Below the pieces are notes generated by a model. It saw only the letters and a program-made list of their open reading frames with translations, ran no database searches and was not told the origin of the DNA. Shown one piece after another: positions 1 to 7,893 of a stretch of 15,494 nucleotides of DNA. The first letter of the stretch is position 1, and the number at the start of each line of letters is the position of its first letter. Source of the DNA: a virus (Duplodnaviria > Heunggongvirae > Uroviricota > Caudoviricetes); IMG/VR virus record IMGVR_UViG_2568526635_000004, positions 1 to 15,494 of that record. One strand, given 5' to 3'. Both the position numbers and the translations under genes were made by a program.

Positions 1-12
1 AAGAATTGAAAA

Positions 13-88
13 CCTCAAAACTGACCACACAACTGACCACACATTTCGTTGAAGCTCTACGAACAACGACGAACAATAACAAACAAAA
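13..88. repeat. Left copy of ~76-bp imperfect direct repeat flanking the element (putative attL); contains internal tandem CTGACCACACA x2 and GAACAA motifs phased at 10 bp
   Basis: Sequence 13-88 reappears at 15320-15397 with 2 substitutions and a 2-nt A-run length difference; every gene of the element lies between the two copies. Confidence 0.7.
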
Positions 89-364
89 GGGAAATTTGCT
101 GGCGGTTTTGCTTAACCGTTATCATTTTCCGGCTATCCGCCATGAAGCTGGTGGATGTTTTTTCTATGCAGATTTGCATAGTTTCAAATGGGGTTGGTCG
201 TTATGGGAATTCCCATATCGGCATCACGCCCACCAGCGTGAAGTATTTTTGTAATTTCGCGGGTGTAAAAATTTGACGAGGCGGGCGGTCCCATAAGCAA
301 TAGGTTGTAGGGATTTCGATCCCCCTCCTGAATGCAATTTTTCGTATATATATATACAAAACAG

Positions 365-517
365 TGCGGGTTATGCGGGTTAGCGGGTTATCTTCGCGTG
401 CTAAGTATTTTTTATTCTTTAATATCAATGCCTTAAAAAATAGCGTGTTTAAATATTATCCAAATCGTAACCCGCAAGTCATTCAAAATAACCCGCAAAC
501 ACCCCCCAAATAACCCG
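365..517. repeat. Iteron cluster: 3 tandem forward GCGGGTTA(T) copies (365-372, 374-381, 382-389), an AT-rich spacer, then 3 inverted copies TAACCCGC (467-474, 488-495, 510-517) at ~21-bp spacing; second origin-like or crr-like site
   Basis: Exact 8-mer matches counted directly; the same motif forms the array at 8647-8769 next to the replication gene; a degenerate copy GCGGGTGTA lies at 259-267. Confidence 0.6.
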
Positions 518-763
518 CAAACGCATCAGGAAAGTGGGTCCAGTGATGCCACCGAACGGCTGAATCGGGTAACGTTCTGTTGCCTGGTTGTTGTTTGCGG
601 GTCAGCAATACTGACGCGCAAAGTTAGTTGTATGTGGCTGTGCGTCCACCAGCTACGCCGGAATGGGGTATTCCGTTTCAACGGAACCGGTATGACGAAC
701 ATGATCGCACCTTCTCCCGAAAACGGTGCGACCTCCATAGAGGAAATGCCTATTCAGATCCCC

Positions 764-1118
764 GGTGATTTTCACCATTCAGAATCTGGAGGGTGAGTTT
801 TCCAGTTTTCCCCAATGGGGGATTCTGGAACAATCAACGGGTTAGCGATTAAGCTGGCGAGTAATTAAACTGCGAAAATTTCGTAGTTTGTGACTATCTG
901 AAAGATAGTCGGTTGTTCCGGCCTCAGCCGTTGGCTGTTCCCGAAAATATCAGTCAGTTACGTTAACCGCTGATTTCTGCCTTTGGTGTGAATACCGTCA
1001 CTTTAACCTACGGTAATCGTTCTGCCTCGGTGCGCGTCTCTTCCGTGGTCATTTCGACCATGCACCACACGAAAAGGTGGAGTGTTTATCACCTCCCCTT
1101 CGTGGTGATTTCCACCAT
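764..1118. repeat. Three copies of a 15-bp dyad motif GGT(G/C)ATTT(T/C)(C/G)ACCAT at 764-778, 1047-1061 and 1104-1118; putative protein-binding or hairpin-forming sites
   Basis: Each copy is an inverted repeat (GGTGA/TCACC or GGTCA..GACC); the second and third copies differ by compensatory changes that preserve the dyad; the surrounding ~30 bp is also similar between copies two and three. Confidence 0.5.
810..845. repeat. 36-bp direct repeat, copy 1 (CCCCAATGGGGGATTCTGGAACAATCAACGGGTTAG), contains CCCC-AAT-GGGG hairpin
   Basis: Matches 1218-1253 with 2 mismatches; a second shared segment (TTCCCGAAAATATCA..AGTTAC at ~936-960 versus ~1286-1310) follows each copy. Confidence 0.55.
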
Positions 1119-1217
1119 GCAGCCATCACACCGCCACGCAAAAGGGATTTACCACTACCAGCTATATCCCTCAAATCCACCAATGGTGGAAAAGCCCACA
1201 GCAGGCCGCCCAGCCTC

Positions 1218-1253
1218 CCCCAATGGGGGATTGTGGAAGAATCAACGGGTTAG
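1218..1253. repeat. 36-bp direct repeat, copy 2 (CCCCAATGGGGGATTGTGGAAGAATCAACGGGTTAG)
   Basis: See copy 1 at 810-845. Confidence 0.55.
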
Positions 1254-1303
1254 GCTGGTTTCCCCGATGTTCGCCGCTGGCGAATTTCGAAAATATCAAC
1301 CAG

Positions 1304-1597
1304 TTACCGCCGCAACCGCTCCGGCTTCTTCCACTGGTAAGTCTTTTTCTCGCTCTCCCGGTACATCTGCACGCGGCGACGGTAGGCCAGCAACTCGAGA
1401 ACTCTGGTACGTATATCGCGCATATCCACGCCGCTAAGCTCGATACCGTCACGGCGCATCACCTCAGCCACCACACGCGCGTAATTTTCGGCTATCACGC
1501 TGTCCGGCTGCGTGACCTCCTGTTTGCCTGCTGCCTGGCTGATTCCGGTAACGCGGCGGATTATTTTTAGTAGTTCGGTTTCGCTCATTCTCGTCAT
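1304..1597 (-). CDS. Hypothetical small protein (97 aa) translationally coupled to the end of the large terminase gene
   Basis: ATG at 1597 overlaps the terL stop (ATGA overlap, 1594-1597); alternative ATG at 1588 with GGGG ~10 nt upstream; no recognisable motif; basic C-terminus. Confidence 0.55.
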   Translation of the reverse strand: MTRMSETELLKIIRRVTGISQAAGKQEVTQPDSVIAENYARVVAEVMRRDGIELSGVDMRDIRTRVLELLAYRRRVQMYRESEKKTYQWKKPERLRR

Positions 1598-3255
1598 ACC
1601 CCATCAAACGCCGCAAGCCGCTCTTTGTGGCTGTCGCTCATATCGAATGCAAAATCCTCGTGCTCTGCCTGGAATGTGCCAAACGCCATCAGCGCCGCAA
1701 CGCTCGGGTCTATCTTGTTGGATGATTTTTTCTTGTTCGGCTTGATATTGGCGTTTGCGTCACTCTGCATCACAACATTACTCATTGACCAGGCCAGCAC
1801 CGGATCACCACGATGCACAATCACCTTCCGGTTAACAAAAACTTCGAACGATTTCGCCGCCGGACTGAAACGAAGGTATGTTTGCGGGAACGGCTCCACC
1901 TCAAATCCTGCCCCCTGTAGCTGCGTCCTCAGGTGCGTGGCGTTCCATGTATCGAAGCCCACCAGCCTGATATTGAAATTCTCTGCATCCGCCATGATGT
2001 CATCACGGATACGGTCATAATCAATGCAGTCACCCGGTGTTGTGCGTATCCAGCCCGCCTTTACCCACTGGCGATAGATGGCGCGGTTTTTATTGGCGGG
2101 GTTCTGTAGCTGAAATTCCGGCAGATAGTGACGGGAAACCAGCATAATCTTTTTACCGACCGGAAAGGCATAGCACACGCTGGAAATATCGCTGGTTGAT
2201 GATAAGTCCAGCCCCGCGTAGCACTCCTGCCCGTATAAATCCGCCTCCGCGAACGTTCCGGCGCACTCCGCCCATGCACCGTTACCCATCCACGGCGTAG
2301 CCCCCTGACACCAGATATTGAATCGCTTGGTGAGCATTTCCACCCACTGCGACGGAATACCCCGCGCTTTCTGGATGGTTGAGGCCAGTTTTTCACGATC
2401 GACGGAAACATCGATATTGGGATTCGCCTTTATCCACATCGCCGGATCGTCAACCTCGCTTTCATCATCCAGCTCGTAAATCAGCACGAACATGGATTCG
2501 TTCACCTCTTCACCATCCAGTATCTGGCAGCAATAGTCGTAGTGTTGTTTACAGGCTGAAACAACGTTGCTCCCCGATGTGGTGATGGCAAATAATAATC
2601 CCTCCGGACGCGCCCCCATTCCCAGTTCAAGCGCGGAATAAACCCCGTTGTCAGGGTGCAGGTGATATTCATCCACAATGGCAAGACTCGGGTTTGTACC
2701 TTCAATGGTTGCCGCTTTTGCTGCCAGTGGCTTTAACAGGCTGTTGGTTTTCGGGTGTATCACCTTGTGTGCCTGAATATTTACCCGTTTTCGTAACGGT
2801 CGGGATAAAAGGCACATCTGACGCGCATCATCAAACACGATCCGCGCCTGATCACGACTCACGGCGGCGGTGTAAATATCCTGCTGCCCGTTTTCCATAA
2901 CCAGAAACCAGTTAGCCAGGATAGCAGCGACCGTGGATTTGGCATTTTTTCGCGGTACTTCAATGAATGCGCTGGTGTATTTGCGCCGTCCGGTGGCCTT
3001 AACCTTAAAGCCCAGGATGCACGCAAAGGCGAACTGCTGCCACGGCTCCAGCTCAATGGGGCTACCGCGCATTGCGCCTTTTACGTGCGGGCACACCCTG
3101 GAAAAGGCAATAAACCGCTCCACGACCTCCGGATCGAACGTGTAAAGGGGGTTTTCAAGGTCAGAAAAATACCGTTTAACGGCCTGTTTCAGTCGTTTAC
3201 AGGCCGTAATTTTGCCGTTTTTTACGCCTTCTGCGTACTCATGCCAGGCGGTCAA
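1594..3255 (-). CDS. terL: Phage terminase large subunit (ATPase plus nuclease)
   Basis: 553-aa ORF with Walker A-like segment (PRKNAKST) and overall terminase-like layout; TTG start at 3255 preceded by strong AGGAAGAGGA Shine-Dalgarno; overlaps terS end. Confidence 0.93.
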   Translation of the reverse strand: MTAWHEYAEGVKNGKITACKRLKQAVKRYFSDLENPLYTFDPEVVERFIAFSRVCPHVKGAMRGSPIELEPWQQFAFACILGFKVKATGRRKYTSAFIEVPRKNAKSTVAAILANWFLVMENGQQDIYTAAVSRDQARIVFDDARQMCLLSRPLRKRVNIQAHKVIHPKTNSLLKPLAAKAATIEGTNPSLAIVDEYHLHPDNGVYSALELGMGARPEGLLFAITTSGSNVVSACKQHYDYCCQILDGEEVNESMFVLIYELDDESEVDDPAMWIKANPNIDVSVDREKLASTIQKARGIPSQWVEMLTKRFNIWCQGATPWMGNGAWAECAGTFAEADLYGQECYAGLDLSSTSDISSVCYAFPVGKKIMLVSRHYLPEFQLQNPANKNRAIYRQWVKAGWIRTTPGDCIDYDRIRDDIMADAENFNIRLVGFDTWNATHLRTQLQGAGFEVEPFPQTYLRFSPAAKSFEVFVNRKVIVHRGDPVLAWSMSNVVMQSDANANIKPNKKKSSNKIDPSVAALMAFGTFQAEHEDFAFDMSDSHKERLAAFDGV

Positions 3256-3595
3256 GCTCGTCCTCTTCCTCTGTTTCAGGTGGATTTCTGCGGCGGCTTA
3301 CCGGGTCAAAACCCAGCAAAGAAGCCATTTTGATCATTATTCTTTCTGCGTCAGCCTTTGCGCTCAGGGCGGGGTTTCTGCTCTCGCTGCCCTGACTGTT
3401 AACAATGCTGAACCCGCGCGTGGCAAGGTCTTCGACGGCTTTGCGGTATATGGAGTAGTTAACGCAATACAGCTCCAGATTGCTCCAGTCGGCGGGGGTA
3501 AGGTCTTCCCGTCCGGAAAGCTGGCGCGATTTTTCCTTCCACTGCCTGACCGCGATTTCATCCAGGTAAGCGGGGGCTTTTGGTGGTCTTGCCAT
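3239..3595 (-). CDS. terS: Phage terminase small subunit, P27-family-like
   Basis: N-terminus MARPPKAPAYLDE typical of P27-family small terminases; an in-frame ATG at 3736 with better Shine-Dalgarno would add 47 aa, so the true start is uncertain. Confidence 0.78.
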   Translation of the reverse strand: MARPPKAPAYLDEIAVRQWKEKSRQLSGREDLTPADWSNLELYCVNYSIYRKAVEDLATRGFSIVNSQGSESRNPALSAKADAERIMIKMASLLGFDPVSRRRNPPETEEEDELDRLA

Positions 3596-3883
3596 GTTCT
3601 TTTTTCGCCCAATTATTTTCAAAAAAATTCCCGTGCACAAAAATTTGAGGGGGCGGTCGGTGTCCGGCAGGGACGGTTTCGTCCTGAAAACCACCCCCAC
3701 CCCCTCTGACGGCCTCACCAGCGATTGCGAAAACATTCCATGACCTCGCGGTCACGGTCGGTTAATCGCTTCGCTGTGGTGCGTTTTGTGCGCCCTGTCC
3801 TGTTGGCTTTGTGCTCTGTCTCCTGTGTCTTCCATGTGTCACGCTGCCTTATCAGTCCACGTATCAGCCTGGTTTGCTCCTGT

Positions 3884-4324
3884 TCAGTCATCATCGCCAT
3901 ACATCCAGTCGTTACGGTGTGCCGCCCGTTCTTCCTGCTCGCGATACATGCCCGCTTTACGGTTTGCTTTCGTGGCTGGATCTTCCCGTGTCGTCTTACG
4001 GTTGTGGCACGTCTGGCACAATGCCTGGTGATTCCACTCAGGCCAGAAGAGAACATCACCGCCGCCATTGATGGGAATGATGTGATCCACCACAAGAGCT
4101 GGCGTATAAATCCCCTTAGCCAGACAACGCACGCATAACGGGTTTTTGCTCAGGTACAGGGCGCGGTATTTGTCCCACTGTCGGGAATACCCGCGCGCGC
4201 GGCGGTGTCCCCGTCTGGCATCCTCTGCACGCCATGCAGCCCGCCTGTGCTCTTCACACTTGCCGGACTTCACGCGCTTATTACAGCCAGGCTCAGTGCA
4301 TCGCCTTAATGGTTGCCACGGCAT
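3884..4324 (-). CDS. HNH endonuclease (phage packaging-associated)
   Basis: Cys-rich zinc-finger-like N-terminus (CTEPGCNKRVKSGKC), VVDHIIP and NHQALCQTCHNRKT motifs; ATGA overlap with the upstream connector gene. Confidence 0.9.
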   Translation of the reverse strand: MPWQPLRRCTEPGCNKRVKSGKCEEHRRAAWRAEDARRGHRRARGYSRQWDKYRALYLSKNPLCVRCLAKGIYTPALVVDHIIPINGGGDVLFWPEWNHQALCQTCHNRKTTREDPATKANRKAGMYREQEERAAHRNDWMYGDDD

Positions 4325-4626
4325 CAGTACACCCCTACGTCACGATAAACTGACCAGAGCGCAGAAATAGCCATAGGCAGTTCCGAGTGCTCCACTGGTG
4401 AAACCGCTTCCCGGTTCTCGTACAGGAAAGCGATGTACATCAGGCAACCAACACGCATTGCCGGGGTAAATTCCAGCCCGTCTTCAAAACGTTTCCCGAT
4501 ATGCTTCTGGCAGGCTTCCAGCGCCGCATCGGTATACATTTTCAGAAGTTCGCCTTCACCGGATAAATCATCATCAAGTCGAAGATGTGCCCTGACTTCA
4601 TCAGGTGTAATTCTGGCTTCACTCAT
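4324..4626 (-). CDS. gp6-like head-tail connector / adaptor protein
   Basis: Start MSEARITPDEVRAHLRLDDD resembles gp6-like head-tail connector proteins; ATG at 4626 has AGGGAG Shine-Dalgarno; the six-frame ORF extends to 4713 but that part overlaps the portal gene. Confidence 0.78.
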   Translation of the reverse strand: MSEARITPDEVRAHLRLDDDLSGEGELLKMYTDAALEACQKHIGKRFEDGLEFTPAMRVGCLMYIAFLYENREAVSPVEHSELPMAISALWSVYRDVGVY

Positions 4627-5833
4627 CTTTTCTCCCTTTAATTTCCACAGTCTGTTTCCATGCCTGGCTGAACTCATCACCACCTTCACGCGGCGGCATA
4701 CCCTCACGCTCACGGGCTTCGTTCGGATTCATGATCCCGTTCTTAATCCCTTTCTCATACGTGGCATAACGTTCGGTGGGTGTGGCGCGTAATAAATCGG
4801 CTGAATCAAACTCAACCAGATAACGGGTACCAGGTACGGGAGAAGCCACCAGCAAAGCGGCCTTGATTTGCTGTTCGAAGTTCGCCAGCCACGGGCGCAT
4901 TGTCATGGTCAGAAACGCGCGGCTTGCCTCGCTGAAATTGCTGTAGGTGCTGTTGCTGTATTCCTGCAGAAAAATCGGCGACACGTTGAACATCCTGGCG
5001 ATGTCTTCAATGGAGAAGCGACGGGAGGCCAGCCATTCCGCATCCTGGTTACTCATTCCCAGTTGCTTGTAATCCATGCCCCCTTCAAGGATTGGCGTTT
5101 TTCCGGCATTTTTCGCCCCCTTGTAGCGTTCCAGGGCGTCTAATGCCTGTTTACCTTTCACACCGTCCAGCCATTCGCCTGACGTGATAATCCCTGCCGC
5201 CATCATGCCATCTTTCATAATGCTGGCTCCGTGACGCTGTTGAGCAAGGCCAAGCCCCAGCGCCTCACGGCAAATCGTGACGGGGGAACGCCCCAGAAAG
5301 CCATCATCCGAGGCATAGCGGAGATGCAGAACTTCTTCCTGTAAATACGTGCGCACCGTTCCTGTACAGGGTTCGGTGATGGTATAGCGGTATTTGTGTG
5401 CGCCTGTGCGTTCCGGTACAACACACCCCGGCGCATAAGGATGAAGTGATTTTGGCTGCCCGTCCTGCCCCCACTCAATAACCGCATAGGCGTTACCGTT
5501 CAGCAGGCAGTGACGCATCATTGTGCGTTTAAACTGGTAAGGTGTCTGGCACGAATTAGGCTGCTCATTCAGCAGAATATCTACCGGGTGACTGTCCAGC
5601 CATTCCCGCGCCTCCCTGCCCTTGTCATTACGTACCAGATACAGATAACACGGCATCGTGGCCACCGCCTCAGCGATGACAGAAACCGCATTCATCACTG
5701 CAGGCAATGATTCAGCCGTCCCGGCAGAAACATATTCTCCGGATCCGGTATTCGGTACGCCGGACAGCGCCAGAAAATCATCAATGGACAGGTTACGCTG
5801 CTCGCTTTTTTTACGACTAAAAGGCCACCACAT
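4619..5833 (-). CDS. Phage portal protein, HK97 family
   Basis: ~400-aa ORF with portal-like sequence between protease and connector genes; ATG at 5833 with GGGG Shine-Dalgarno chosen over the upstream TTG at 5923, which would overlap the protease gene by ~90 bp. Confidence 0.88.
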   Translation of the reverse strand: MWWPFSRKKSEQRNLSIDDFLALSGVPNTGSGEYVSAGTAESLPAVMNAVSVIAEAVATMPCYLYLVRNDKGREAREWLDSHPVDILLNEQPNSCQTPYQFKRTMMRHCLLNGNAYAVIEWGQDGQPKSLHPYAPGCVVPERTGAHKYRYTITEPCTGTVRTYLQEEVLHLRYASDDGFLGRSPVTICREALGLGLAQQRHGASIMKDGMMAAGIITSGEWLDGVKGKQALDALERYKGAKNAGKTPILEGGMDYKQLGMSNQDAEWLASRRFSIEDIARMFNVSPIFLQEYSNSTYSNFSEASRAFLTMTMRPWLANFEQQIKAALLVASPVPGTRYLVEFDSADLLRATPTERYATYEKGIKNGIMNPNEAREREGMPPREGGDEFSQAWKQTVEIKGRKDE

Positions 5834-5834
5834 A

Positions 5835-6395
5835 TCACAACCCCGCCAGCTCAGACCAGCGATGACGATTATTTCCTGTCGGACGTAATTCAGGGTGCTG
5901 TGCAAACAACGAACGGTGGGCAATCTCCACGCCAGATTCTGGATAAGCAGGCATCGACGTTATTGTGATTTCACGGAGTTCAGCGGCGGTTACGGTACGC
6001 AGATACGGTTTTTGCGCGATACTCCACTCCTCGCATAATGCGCGAAAACCAAAGCTCATTCCTGTAATGTCGCCACGCTCCACCAGCGTAAGCACATCTT
6101 TTCCAAGCTGGGTATCCGGCGGTGTCAGTTCAAAACGTAACCCGGTGTTATCCTCAGTCAGTACCAGAGTGCCGGATTTGGTGCGCCCCAGCAGTTGGGT
6201 ATAGTCATGCTCATACAGGCAGCGCACATCATTACCCGTCGCCAGATAGTCAGCAAAAGCCCCCGGCGTGAACTGTTCGCGGAATTCGTCCCAGATAATT
6301 TCTGAAAGGCTGTTCCAGCGAACGGCATACCCCACCAGCTTTTTATTGCTGGCGGTCAGTTCAGATGTGCGGATTTCAAAATCGGTATTTTTCAT
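5835..6395 (-). CDS. HK97-family prohead (head maturation) protease
   Basis: 186-aa ORF with typical prohead protease segments (GYAVRWN, HDYTQLLGRT); GGAG Shine-Dalgarno 9 nt upstream of the ATG. Confidence 0.9.
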   Translation of the reverse strand: MKNTDFEIRTSELTASNKKLVGYAVRWNSLSEIIWDEFREQFTPGAFADYLATGNDVRCLYEHDYTQLLGRTKSGTLVLTEDNTGLRFELTPPDTQLGKDVLTLVERGDITGMSFGFRALCEEWSIAQKPYLRTVTAAELREITITSMPAYPESGVEIAHRSLFAQHPELRPTGNNRHRWSELAGL

Positions 6396-6411
6396 CGGTA
6401 TACTCCATAAA

Positions 6412-6438
6412 GCTGAAAAAGGAGGCCGAAGCCTCCTC
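6412..6438 (-). terminator. Rho-independent terminator or attenuator between major capsid and protease genes
   Basis: On the minus strand: AGGAGGC-UUCG-GCCUCCU (7-bp GC-rich stem, UUCG tetraloop) followed by a U-tract; sits 12 nt after the capsid stop codon. Confidence 0.65.
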
Positions 6439-6449
6439 CTTACTCATGA

Positions 6450-7619
6450 CTAGCCAGCTTTCATTTCCAGAATTTTGATGGCGTTTGAATCCACCACACC
6501 ACCGCCCAGATATTTATCCGTGTGGACCTTGTAGAATCCGGGTTCAGTAATGTTGTCCGGTCGGGTGCGAATCCCTGTTACATGATCAACGATGAAATAA
6601 CCACGACTGAAATCGCCAACCGCTAGCGGTGCTTTTCCTGCGCCGATGTCCGGCATGGACTCCAGGCAGTAAACAGGACGACCAAGCAACATATCCGGCG
6701 CACCTTCTTTAAGGCTGTCGCGCCAGATATAATCGCCGTTCTCATTTTTCAGCTTCTGTAGTGTCCCTGCCGTGCCCGAGTTCATCACCCAGACGGCATT
6801 TTTGCGGTATTTCGCTTTCAGCTTGTAGAGAATGTCGATCAGTTCGTCCGCTGTAATGGCGGTTCCACTTGCCGCTACCATTTTTTCAATGGTGCCAAAA
6901 GCGCGGGTTTTGTCACTGGTCGCCGCACGGGTGTAAGCCATGAAGCCTTTCGGCTTGCCGTTACCGTCGCCATTAACAAAATCATCCTCTTCGGTGCTGA
7001 CGAACGTGTCGGCAATTTCGGAGGATAACCAGCCCAGAATATCCACCTCTGAAAAATCCAGGATTTCCTGCGTGGTTTTCGGGTAGGCGTAGATCGGATT
7101 CAGCTTGATGGTTACGCGTTCAATTTTCGGGGTGTTGGTTTCACTGCGTGCGCTGCCTTCTGTGCCTCGTCCTACAGTTGCGCCGCCAGTGGAAACCAGT
7201 TTCTGAAACTCATTTGATTTTGCGGTCTTCACGGTCGCGATCACGCGCATAACACTGTCATCCTGTAGCTGGCGCATGACTTCGCGATCGAGCTCAGGAA
7301 TTACGGTATATCCGCCATCCCTGCCGCTGTCAGTGCTGGTGGACAGTGATCGCACATCTCCGGTTACGATGTAGTTACGCAATTCATCAGATGATAATTT
7401 CTGGATGCCCGTTCCTGGCTTGCTGCGTTCTTCATCAGCCACAGACTCGAGGCGGGAAATTTCTGTGTCGAGAGAATCGGCTTTTGCACGCAGTTCATCA
7501 AACTGTTTGCCCTCGTCATCGTTCAGGCTGCGGTTTTCACTGTCGGCTTTTTCCAGCAGGGATCGCATCTGGTTTTTCAGGGCGGTTTTTTGCTGGCGGA
7601 GTTCGATTAATTTCTTCAT
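6450..7619 (-). CDS. HK97-fold major capsid protein with N-terminal coiled-coil scaffold (delta-like) domain
   Basis: 389-aa ORF; charged coiled-coil-like N-terminal ~100 aa followed by MCP-like body and a C-terminus typical of HK97 capsid proteins. Confidence 0.92.
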   Translation of the reverse strand: MKKLIELRQQKTALKNQMRSLLEKADSENRSLNDDEGKQFDELRAKADSLDTEISRLESVADEERSKPGTGIQKLSSDELRNYIVTGDVRSLSTSTDSGRDGGYTVIPELDREVMRQLQDDSVMRVIATVKTAKSNEFQKLVSTGGATVGRGTEGSARSETNTPKIERVTIKLNPIYAYPKTTQEILDFSEVDILGWLSSEIADTFVSTEEDDFVNGDGNGKPKGFMAYTRAATSDKTRAFGTIEKMVAASGTAITADELIDILYKLKAKYRKNAVWVMNSGTAGTLQKLKNENGDYIWRDSLKEGAPDMLLGRPVYCLESMPDIGAGKAPLAVGDFSRGYFIVDHVTGIRTRPDNITEPGFYKVHTDKYLGGGVVDSNAIKILEMKAG

Positions 7620-7689
7620 GAAGGTTTTCTCGTATTGGTTAAGATTCAGGACGTGAAACCAACACGGAGGGAGCGCCGCCCGACACTCT

Positions 7690-7839
7690 CGGCATCTCGC
7701 AGATCAACCCGGCATCGCGCAGGGGGTCAGGCGGCATTGTGGCGGCTCACGTCTGAGTGCCACACGCCAACATATACATAAAAATCAGTATGTAAACATC
7801 AGCCAGAATCACCGAACAATCTGGAACAACCGCGAACAA
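7690..7839. promoter_or_regulatory. Regulatory region upstream of the head operon: direct repeat CGGCATC(T/G)CGCAG x2 (7690-7702, 7710-7722), dyad TGTGGC-N15-GCCACA (7738-7764) and three GAACAA motifs at exact 10-bp phasing (7814, 7824, 7834)
   Basis: Repeats read directly from the sequence; the region lies between the upstream operon terminator and the capsid start codon. Confidence 0.45.
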
Positions 7840-7856
7840 ATAATTTACAAAACCTG

Positions 7857-7884
7857 AAAAAAAGACCCGGGGTAAATCCGGGCC
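7857..7884 (-). terminator. Rho-independent terminator ending the replication/early operon
   Basis: On the minus strand: 7-bp stem GGCCCGG/CCGGGUC with a 7-nt loop followed by 7 U residues; 10 nt downstream of the 82-aa ORF stop. Confidence 0.75.
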
Positions 7885-7893
7885 TTTATCGCT

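Noticed and set aside
6-254. 82-aa ORF at the left edge and the related 67-aa ORF at 15273-15476 sharing the peptide KLTTQLTTHFVEALRTTTNNNKQ
   Set aside because: The shared peptide is just the translation of the duplicated attachment repeat; the sequences are low complexity and lack start context.
276-296. GC-rich segment GACGAGGCGGGCGGTCC resembling the P2/P4 cohesive end, with a related GGGGGCGGTCGG at 3653-3664
   Set aside because: Only about 10 contiguous positions match what I recall of the P2/P4 cos, and this element encodes its own HK97-type terminase, so a P2-type cos is not expected; likely chance similarity. Packaged-end mapping would settle it.
295-330. tRNA-like 3-prime end (GGGATTTCGATCCCC) near the left repeat
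   Set aside because: The candidate T-arm cannot form a 5-bp stem around a TTCGA-type loop and there is no acceptor stem or CCA; not a tRNA fragment on either strand.
988-1570. Overlapping ORFs of 149, 93 and 115 aa in the left noncoding region
   Set aside because: They overlap each other and the 97-aa coupled ORF, have no ribosome-binding sites, are Pro/Ser/Arg-rich, and coincide with the repeat and dyad elements, so they are most likely read-through of structured noncoding DNA.
3596-3736. 47-aa N-terminal extension of the small terminase in the six-frame ORF
   Set aside because: Not rejected outright, since the ATG at 3736 has a better Shine-Dalgarno, but the conserved small-terminase N-terminus starts at 3595 and the extension covers G-rich noncoding-looking DNA; the shorter gene is reported and the ambiguity flagged.
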